Below the pieces are notes generated by a model. That model was given only the letters and a program-made list of their open reading frames with translations. It searched no databases and had not been told where the DNA came from. From Naegleria gruberi (Eukaryota): a stretch of DNA of 64,000 nucleotides. The position numbers and the translations under genes are program-made. The stretch lies in the NCBI GenBank assembly GCA_000004985.1, contig GG738845.1; one strand, written 5' to 3'. Each line of letters starts with the position of its first letter. Position 1 is the stretch's first letter. Of the stretch, positions 55,950-64,000 are shown in pieces.

Positions 55950-56333
55950 ATGGAAAAAACAAGAGAACCAGAAGCCAAGGAGGTCCCTAAAAAATCAATT
56001 TTGGATGACAGTGAGGAAGACAATATATTTGATAAACCATTAACGCAAGTGACAAGACCTCTTAGTTCAGCTGCAAATAACAAATTTAAAAAATCAACAA
56101 GACTCATAACAAGTGTCAGTGCTTTCAATCCAACATCGTTCGCTAAACTTAATAAGAATATTTTGAATGAAGATACTTCAGATTCAGATATTGACAATAT
56201 TATTGCAAGACCAAGAAATATTTCTTCAGCTCCAACAGAGAGAACCAGCAAATCAGTAACACCCGTTCCAGCTGTGACTGTAACATCTGGTAGTAACGCT
56301 AAGGATTTTGATGATGATGACCTGGATTTTTAA
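55950..56333 (+). CDS. Small acidic Ser-rich protein (hypothetical)
   Basis: 127 aa from a true ATG, acidic termini. Confidence 0.35.
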   Translation: MEKTREPEAKEVPKKSILDDSEEDNIFDKPLTQVTRPLSSAANNKFKKSTRLITSVSAFNPTSFAKLNKNILNEDTSDSDIDNIIARPRNISSAPTERTSKSVTPVPAVTVTSGSNAKDFDDDDLDF

Positions 56334-56378
56334 AGCTGATCTTTGTGATCATAGACCTTTATTATCACATTTCTTAAG

Positions 56379-59300
56379 CTACCACAGTAAGTGGTAAAAG
56401 TGCAACTCTCTTATCAATAATTTCCTGTACTCATCGTATAAAAGTATTAGAATACCATAAAATACTGGAAGTAGCCAAAACAACCAAATCATATTTCTTG
56501 TTCCAAAAATATAATCACCAATAAAAGGTACATAAATAGCAATACAAGCTATGCATACAGAAAATATTATTCCCATGTAAATGGCCAAATTACTAAACAT
56601 TCCTTGCATAAGTAAAGATGTTCTTCTGGTTCTAGAGCTTACTAAAGCAAACCATTGACAAACAACTATTGCAAGGAAGTAAGCCGTTTGGGCTGTTGCT
56701 AGAATATTCCATTGGGCAGATGGAGATAGAAAAAGCCCTGTTTCTGCAATATACAAGTATTGGGTAGTCGAAAGAGAAAAAAAGCCAGGTACACTTCTAA
56801 ATAGGTAATGAGGAGGAATTCCATAGTAGGCCAAAGCAAAGAAGAAGGAGGTAAAGGCGGCCAATGTTTCAATAACACCAACCTGCATATATGAAAATGA
56901 AAGTACTCTCACACCAACAAGAAGCTCTGATTTTGGTCTTGGAGGAACTGTCATAATGTCGCTCTCTTTTGTCTCATACGATAAACTAATTGCTGCCACC
57001 AACTCAGTACCGAGGTCTATGCACAACACTAATAAACCAGTTATTGCTGGAGGCATTCCAATAATTATTACAAGTATTCCACAAAGTTCTGGGAGTAAAT
57101 GAATAAGAGTATAACTAATACTCTTTTTCAGGTTATCAAAAATCAATCTTCCTTCCTCTACTCCATTTACAATTGAGGCAAAATTGTCATCCATTAAAAT
57201 AATGGCAGCAGCTTCTTTTGAAACGTCTGAACCAGATATATTCATAGCAATGCCAATATCTGCCTTTTTTAGTGCTGGTGAATCATTTACACCGTCCCCA
57301 GTAACTGCAACACAATTTCCAGCTTCTTGAAATTTGCTAACAATGACCAATTTTTGTTGAGGAGAGGTTCTAGAAAATACAATCTGCTTTTTCTTCAAAA
57401 TATATTTCCATTCTATGTCTTTTAATTTATCTATTTCCTCTCCATTAAGAACCACTGCATCAACATCTGGTCTTTTGTACTCAATTATTTCTGGTGGAAA
57501 ACCCTCCTCAGCAGCAATGTCATCTCTCGTTTTACTATTTGATTCAAGAATACCAACCTGTTTTGCTATTGCTTTGGCAGTTGTGGGATGGTCACCTGTT
57601 ACCATTACAACTTGAATCCCTAAAAGAAATTAATTACAAATTTTCATAATGAATTCACTTACCTGCATGTTTACATTTGGTAATAGCATCTGTAACTCCA
57701 ACTTTTGGTGGGTCAGTCAATCCCACAAGCCCTATAAATGTAAACCCATTTAAAGGTAATTGTTGGTTAGTATCATCAGAAACTGCAATAGTACTACCGG
57801 TAGGATCTCCTCCAATCTTAACTGTACCTGTTTCTTCTCTCTCTTTTACTTGATTTACTAAATCAGTGGTGGTAAATCTTTGAGCTAATCCTAATACACG
57901 TTGTCCCTTACTGGCAAAAAAAGAGTAGGCATCTTGAAAGTGTTGTCTTAAATCATCATTGATGGATATTGCCTGACTATTCAAATAAATGGAATCACAT
58001 TTTTCCAATACTCTCTCTGGTGCTCCTTTCAACAGCATTAGTGAGTTCGCATTATCAAAACATTGACCTTGACAAGAGTGAATGGTGAGCATCCACTTGT
58101 TCTTTGAATTGAAGGGAATTTCATAAAGTTTTGGAAAACCATTTCTAATATCCATTAAGCTGGCATACTCTGATCTTGTTTCTACAAATTTTACAAGTGC
58201 TATTTCTGATGCATCTCCAATGCATTCCCTGTCTAGGATTGGTTTGTTTAAATTCTCTTCAGATTCAACGAAAATGGTCTTGGAACAGAGTGCGGAACAT
58301 CTAATGAGTTTTTGTGGAGTTGATAAATTTACCTCTTCAATGTTAGCAAAGTTTGGGAGTGATTCTACGTTTGGTTTGGATTTCATCATTCTATTTTGAT
58401 AACAGACATCTGAAAGTGATCCATCACACCACTGTTCTACAACCGTCATTCTGTTCTGAGTGAGGGTGCCTGTTTTATCAGAGCAAATTACATTTACACC
58501 ACCCAATGTTTCTACATGCTCTAATTTCTTTACCAATACGTTAATATCTGATAATCTCTTTGCAGAAACTGTCAAACATAATGTCATTGTTGCAATCAAA
58601 CCTTGTGGAATGTTGGCAGCAATAATTCCAGTACTGAAAAGAACACACTGAAACCATGGATTTCCTAATGCAAGCCCAATCACAAAAAATACAACAGCTA
58701 AAATTAGCGACATAGAACCTAAAGTTCTTACAAAAGTGTCTATTTGCCTTCTTAGAGGTGTTTTTAAGGGAGAAGCTTGGGCCATTAGAGCAATTTGGCC
58801 AATAACTGTTTGACCACCAGTCCTAATAACAATACCAATTGCACTCCCTTCAACAACAATAGTTCCAAAGAATGCAAGATTTGAAGATTCTAAAGGATTA
58901 TGAGAAGATGATTCAACAGTTCTGGACTGTGGCTCAGATTCTCCTGTCAATGAACTGTTATCCATTTTCAAACCATTTACGAATAATAGTCTTAAATCAG
59001 CTGGAACTTTAGAGCCAGGTTCAATATGAATCAAATCTCCGACTACAACTTCTGAAACATCTATTCTTTGTAAATTTCCCTCTCTTATAACCATACAGTT
59101 AGCTGTTTGTAAAGCTAAAAAGGCAGCAATAACTTTTTCAGAGCTATGTTCTTGCCATAGAGTAATTGTTGCGTTCATAACCACCACAAACCAGAGTATG
59201 GCCCCTAAAAATATATTTGGATAAGAGGCAGGTGTACGGTCAATGGCAACATTAATGAAACTCAATAACCCAGCAAATAACATTAGTAAAGAGAAGAGGG

Positions 59301-60006
59301 TTGTTAATTGATCGATAACTTTCCAAATAAACTTTTCTCGTTTTGGTGGAGTGAAAATATTTGGTCCATTGATTTTGAGTCTTTGGGTTGCTACTTCTTT
59401 TGAAAGCCCATACGAAGATTGTGGATTATCAATATTGAAAGAAGTATTATATAATTCACAAACTTTTTCAGAACTCATTTCATGCTCTTCAATAATTACT
59501 GCTTTCTTTTTTGCTTTTTGAATATGCTTTTTCTTGTGCTTTCGGTGGCGATGAATGACTTTATCCTTTCCTTTAGAAATTTCATCGTGCATAATATCAA
59601 TAGATTGCCTAACTTCTTCAAACAGCCTTGGAATCTCACTTACTTGAGGAGCTGTTGCAACATTCAGAGAAGGATTGGGAAGAAAGGTAGAAAGAACAGA
59701 AGATCTTCTTGTAAAGGTTGGAACTGTTTCGGTAGGTTGAGGTATTTTAGAAGGATTCATACTGTATCTTCTTCCCAACTCTGTCAAGTCTTCATCTGGT
59801 CTTACATTCGATAAATCTATTGAATAAAGTCTGTTAGGATCTATGAAGCTTGCTCTTCTTATAGGATAAGTGCTTGGAGATGGTAGAGGATAATCGGCAT
59901 CATTATTGGGAAAACTATCTTGAACAGGTTCATTCGAGTCATTTGATTGTGGATTATTCACCAAGTTGGTACTTGGAAAACGGAAGCTATCTAAATTACT
60001 GCTCAT
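56379..60006 (-). CDS. Type IIC P-type ATPase alpha subunit (Na+/K+- or H+/K+-ATPase family); exons 60006-57663 and 57619-56379
   Basis: DNSSLTGESEPQSRT, ICSDKTGTLTQNRMTV, KCKHAG|IQVVMVTGDHPTTAKAIA, VTGDGVNDSPALKKADIGIAMNISGSDVSKEAAAIILMDDNFASIVNGVEEGRLIFDNLKKSISYTL and a C-terminal ...YDEYRKLLIR all match Na,K-ATPase alpha. One 43-nt GTAAGT...TAG intron, frame-preserving. Confidence 0.9.
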
Positions 60007-60192
60007 ATTATGGCGTAGAAGTTTTAGTTGTAAAGTGAATAATTTTTATATTCTTGTTAATATCAAGCCTCCTCCATGCATCTACTCTTTTCAATTTGTT
60101 TAGAATGTCTATTTGGTAATTTGACATATTTGTATACATTATTTAAAATAATTTAGATTCCAGTAATGTATTGGATTAGGTTAAAATCCATT

Positions 60193-60983
60193 TTAATTAT
60201 CCTTAAATAAATACACTTCAATATTAGCCAGTGAATCTGCAAGTGTTAATAATTCTTTTTCCATAATATAGATCGCATCCTGAGATTGTGGAGCATAAGA
60301 ATATGCTTCAACTGCTAATAATCCTGCATCGAGTATTTCAAAAGGCTCTGGTTGATTTTTATCAAAATTTGTTGTAACATTAGCTCTCTTTTTCACTTTT
60401 TTCACAACAAATACGTCTACAAAATATCCAGTTTTAGATACAAAACGGTTTCCTTCTTTCACATATTCATGAGAAAAACTATTAAATCAAATATTTTCAT
60501 TAACATTATTAAATAAATTACTTACTCACAACCCATCATTTCCGACATTACAAGTGGATTGCCTCCATATATTGTACTTAGTGTGACAGTTCTAACAGTA
60601 GATTTGAAAGGAGCCTCCTTCTTTGGAATAACTATTTTTCCAAGTGATTTAATTTCTCTCCAAATAACTTGTTCAATAGATTTTGTTTGATTAAGCTTCT
60701 CTACCACAATATCAGCTAAAATATGAAATTCAACTTCTTTACTCTTAGAAAGAGAAATCATAGAGGCATCTTCTGATGTAGAAATATTGCTATTAGTAGA
60801 AACAACAGGAGGAAGGGATGATTTGGTACGGTAAACATTGATCCACTCTTTAAAAGGTTTTGGTTTTGATCCGATGATTGATGTTAATCTAGAGATTAGT
60901 ATTTCTTTTTGTTCATCTTGAATACAGCCTGTAATTTTAATTTCGTTGGTTATTGTATTTACAGGAAGGGAAGATAAATTCAT
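60193..60983 (-). CDS. Hypothetical protein of about 248 aa; exons 60983-60526 and 60478-60193
   Basis: Two ORF blocks joined by a 47-nt GTAAGT...TAG intron (…SEMMGC-D-FSHEYVKEGNRF…), in frame. No family recognised. Confidence 0.5.
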
Positions 60984-61004
60984 TTTTTTATTATTTTTTT
61001 AATA

Positions 61005-63992
61005 TTAATCGGTAATACTTTTAATAAAATTGAAAAATCGCCCTGCATACATGTTTGGATCAACCACACTCACACCACTTTCACCACCAAAATAGAGAGT
61101 TTTGATAAGGTTTTCTCCTCTCTTTTTTAGGCCATACTGAATCAAAATATCAATTATTCCAACAAAATAATATTCATCTCCTAGGCTTGATCTCATACCT
61201 CCACATTCTTCTTGATAGAATGTTCTTGGAGGAGGAGAAATATGGAAAGGATCATTATAATTAATTGGTTTTTCTCGTAACTTGTTGATTTCATGAACAC
61301 CAACAAGCATTGAATAATCTATTATTTCATTTGCCTCCAAAAATTTGGTGTCTGACTCAACCTGTCTCAAGAACCACTCCTTCTTGGATCCTAAATTTAA
61401 AGATTGCTCAGAATCTTTCCAATTTAAATCTTTTAATATTCCAACACCAGATGAATTGAATCTACCAATTGTACTTCCTTTCAAATCATAAATTTTGTCA
61501 ATAGGTAATTGAGTGTCAAAAGCATTTCCCATTACAATGAAGTAGGTATCATTAATTCTATGAAGACCGTATATTCTAGTAAGGAGTGTATTCCTGTTTC
61601 TATGTAAATAAGTATAATACTGAGATAAAAATACTAGTGCTGTTTCGAATTCTGATGTAGAAATAGTTTTACATAAAAATCTACCATTATTTGTATAGAA
61701 GAAGAAATTTCCACTTTTTCCATCAGTTAGTCTTTCACTCAGTGAGGTTAATCTTCCTACTAATAAATTACTAATAAACATTTCAGGCCCAAAAGACAAA
61801 GCATATTCCTCCTCTGAAACTCCAAATATTGCTCTAATATTTCTAAATACTAGAGGAGCAAAATCTGTAAATGTGATATGTTCATCAATGTACCTGGTCG
61901 ATTCATCATTACCACTAACTCCATCTTGCTTGATGCATGTCAAAAATTTTGCTAGTGGGATCTCAAAAGAATAAGTATATTTGAAATCTCTCATATAAAG
62001 ATAGTCATTTGAAAAGTTAGATCTATTTTCCTGTGCAGCTCTAATACCTAACATCATTGATAAAACCTTATGAAATGAAGGATGGCCAAATAAAACCGGA
62101 TACCCACCATTTCTCGGAAGATTTTTCATTAATTTGGATTGTAAATTTGAATCTATTGGAAATTGTGAAAATCCAAGTATTAAGAAGGGATTTTGTTTGA
62201 TTGCTTTCAAATAATCTTGAGCCGTAAAAGAATCATTGTTGGTAATACAGCTGAAAATTCTATCAGCTACACTACCAGCATAATTAAGAGTTTCACTAGT
62301 TCCTATTAGAACAAAGTTTGAAGGAGAAGTAGGACTTAAGGCCGAGTTGGAAACATAAAGTCCCATATATTCCAGAATTGAAAATATTTGTTGAAATAAC
62401 AATTTAAATTCTTGTCTTGTTACACTACCATTTCCTTCCTTATCCATAATATTGAATCCAAATAATATTTGTTCATCAACAATATTGTTAGAATATAACA
62501 ATGCAAGGTTTTCTTTGAAATCTGACATTTCTATTAATCCACTCCTGTTAGAATCAAATGCATTAAAAATTCTACCTCCAAAACTATTAAGAATTTTTGA
62601 TTTCTTCACTGTTGGATATGGTGCTGAAAAATCAAATAAAAACTCCTTATCAAACGCAACCAAGGATAAATGCTTTACAAATTCATGAATATCCAAAACA
62701 TTATCTTTTGTTTGTCCGTCTATATAACCAAATACAGCATTGAAATATTTGTGTTCTTCATCTGAAAGCTTATTAGTAAGCTCTCTTTTTTGAATATTGC
62801 TGATCATTCTTTGAGATAGTGACTTTCTCTTTGATTTTTTCTGAGTTACTTGGAATTCAGATTGAGATCTTTGTAAGTTCTTTTTTTCTTCAAACTTTGG
62901 TGTGCCTTTTGCGCTATCCATTGATTGGTTAACTGGTTGTATTGGTTGAGGCGGAAAATTAAGAGGAGGTATGACCGGTGTGCTCTTTATGGAGAGATTG
63001 TATGGATCATTACTGTTAGGAGAGGATTTTTGTTGAGAAGTTGGTGTTTGACTTTTCAGTTCCTTTTGTACTGGTTTTTCAGGGGTTGTGTTATTCATAG
63101 CTTGTTCAAAAAGAGCAGAAAGATGTTTAACTGATCCTGATGGTTTTGCTGATTTTTCATCTTCAACTGTTTTACAAAGTCTTTTTTCATCTTGAAGATT
63201 GTCCTTAGATACAATTTTAGGTGGAACCTTTGGCTTTGGTCTTTCAGGTGATTCTCTTTGAAGGGACAATGATGGCACTTCTGATAAACTCTTTCTTTTG
63301 AAAGGAGGGGGAGTTCTTTTTCTTGTTGAATTTTCATTAGTGGAAGGAGTATTGTTTACAGAAACGTTAGTGGGTGGTAAAGGTTTTGTCAGAGAAGTTC
63401 GATCTCCTCTGGGTGATCTATCTAAGATATAACTTGAACTATTAGTTACAGTAAGAGAGCTGGAGGAAGAAGTGTTTGAGCTGGTTGGTGGTGTGGAAGT
63501 TGAATTATTAGTGAAAAAGGATGATCCATTCTTTGTAAATATTTTGATTCTACTACTGTTAGAATCGGAGAATGATGAAGATGAGTGTAAACCAAACTCT
63601 TGATTGCCAAGTATTAATCCGCCACCACTTCCAATCTTTTTAGTGGATGATTCTACAGGTGTTCCTAATGAGGGATAAATTGTGGAGTCTTCTTCATTGG
63701 TTCCCCTCTCATCATTTGAATCATCAATACCACCAAAGTAACTTTTCCTATTCTTTAAAATTAATTCACTCCTATAGAGGCATTCTCTAGCAAAGAAGAA
63801 TAATTGTTGTGAACCCAAATCAACAGACCAAGATGTGCCCTTCTCCGATTTATCACCAGTAGTTAATTGTCTAAGTTGAGAGGTAATTAAATCAATACAA
63901 CACAAATACTGAGCAAACGCTTCTACATAATTCTTATCATCCTCATATTTTAAAGCATTTGAAAGTGAGAGTCTAACCTGATTCAGAGACAT
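61005..63992 (-). CDS. Phosphatidylinositol 4-phosphate 5-kinase (PIPK core) with a long N-terminal S/T/P-rich region and an EF-hand-like segment
   Basis: PIPK catalytic landmarks: ...GKSGNFFFYTNNGRFLCKTISTSEFETALVFL..., ...DYSMLVGVHE..., ...YFVGIIDILIQYGLKKRGENLIKTL... Two EF-hand-like loops (DSNRSGLIEMSDF and DKEGNGSVTRQEF). Single 995-aa ORF with its start at 63992. Confidence 0.85.
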   Translation of the reverse strand: MSLNQVRLSLSNALKYEDDKNYVEAFAQYLCCIDLITSQLRQLTTGDKSEKGTSWSVDLGSQQLFFFARECLYRSELILKNRKSYFGGIDDSNDERGTNEEDSTIYPSLGTPVESSTKKIGSGGGLILGNQEFGLHSSSSFSDSNSSRIKIFTKNGSSFFTNNSTSTPPTSSNTSSSSSLTVTNSSSYILDRSPRGDRTSLTKPLPPTNVSVNNTPSTNENSTRKRTPPPFKRKSLSEVPSLSLQRESPERPKPKVPPKIVSKDNLQDEKRLCKTVEDEKSAKPSGSVKHLSALFEQAMNNTTPEKPVQKELKSQTPTSQQKSSPNSNDPYNLSIKSTPVIPPLNFPPQPIQPVNQSMDSAKGTPKFEEKKNLQRSQSEFQVTQKKSKRKSLSQRMISNIQKRELTNKLSDEEHKYFNAVFGYIDGQTKDNVLDIHEFVKHLSLVAFDKEFLFDFSAPYPTVKKSKILNSFGGRIFNAFDSNRSGLIEMSDFKENLALLYSNNIVDEQILFGFNIMDKEGNGSVTRQEFKLLFQQIFSILEYMGLYVSNSALSPTSPSNFVLIGTSETLNYAGSVADRIFSCITNNDSFTAQDYLKAIKQNPFLILGFSQFPIDSNLQSKLMKNLPRNGGYPVLFGHPSFHKVLSMMLGIRAAQENRSNFSNDYLYMRDFKYTYSFEIPLAKFLTCIKQDGVSGNDESTRYIDEHITFTDFAPLVFRNIRAIFGVSEEEYALSFGPEMFISNLLVGRLTSLSERLTDGKSGNFFFYTNNGRFLCKTISTSEFETALVFLSQYYTYLHRNRNTLLTRIYGLHRINDTYFIVMGNAFDTQLPIDKIYDLKGSTIGRFNSSGVGILKDLNWKDSEQSLNLGSKKEWFLRQVESDTKFLEANEIIDYSMLVGVHEINKLREKPINYNDPFHISPPPRTFYQEECGGMRSSLGDEYYFVGIIDILIQYGLKKRGENLIKTLYFGGESGVSVVDPNMYAGRFFNFIKSITD

Positions 63993-64000
63993 ATTATTCA

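Noticed and set aside
56379-60006. Using the very animal-like Na,K-ATPase alpha and IVD to call the contig metazoan
   Set aside because: The same window encodes a Cdc7/Cdc15/SepH-type kinase, a family not known in animals. The extreme AT-richness, poly-N/Q proteins and 40-nt introns do not fit typical animals. The lineage is left open.
1-64000. Prokaryote-style defence or accessory systems (CRISPR arrays, restriction-modification, toxin-antitoxin, operons)
   Set aside because: The sequence is eukaryotic nuclear DNA. It has spliceosomal introns, eukaryote-only genes (exportin, TIM50, Pol alpha, Na,K-ATPase) and no direct-repeat arrays or Shine-Dalgarno-linked operons.

Overview
This window is a very AT-rich (about 27% GC in coding sequence), extremely gene-dense eukaryotic nuclear segment read with the standard genetic code. 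It is not prokaryotic. I count roughly 37 protein-coding genes in 64 kb, about 1.7 kb per gene. Introns are tiny canonical spliceosomal introns with GTAAGT, GTATGT or GTAGGT donors and AG acceptors. Most are 37–47 nt, with a few of 55–105 nt. Spacers between genes are often only 14–90 nt. There are three assembly gaps (N runs): 7886-8286 inside the exportin gene, 37019-37068 and 47555-47604.

Genes I can identify by recognisable family similarity, recalled from memory rather than searched:
- an arginase-fold ureohydrolase
- isovaleryl-CoA dehydrogenase
- an exportin-5-like gene with five exons
- a very large K/E-rich coiled-coil plus C2-domain protein (CC2D2A-like, four exons)
- two RCC1-repeat genes
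- TIM50
- a front-end fatty-acid desaturase fused to cytochrome b5
- a dual-specificity phosphatase with a gelsolin-like C-terminal domain
- an RNI-type LRR + RING-IBR-RING (RBR) E3 ligase
- a reduced DNA polymerase alpha catalytic subunit
- a SET-domain protein
- FCF1
- a standalone cytochrome b5 domain resembling the N-terminus of Ncb5or
- a five-exon Cdc7(S. pombe)/Cdc15/SepH-type kinase with a long helical-repeat tail
- a radial-spoke-head RSP4/6-like gene
- a type IIC Na+/K+-type P-type ATPase alpha subunit
- a PIP5K
- several coiled-coil or low-complexity hypothetical proteins

No rRNA, tRNA, CRISPR array or transposon is evident. I found no prokaryote-style defence or accessory system. 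The notable signals are architectural: near-zero intergenic spacing with overlapping convergent stop codons; a recurrent GC-rich E2F-like motif in the tiny promoters (textbook placement upstream of DNA pol alpha); an ABCB-transporter relic; and two unusual domain fusions. The ORF track translates alternative start codons (TTG/GTG/CTG) as M, so several listed ORF starts are not real ATGs; I used true ATGs and splice sites where I could. The lineage is unresolved. The ciliary genes plus a SepH-type kinase point to a flagellated or ciliated non-metazoan eukaryote with a hyper-compact genome.
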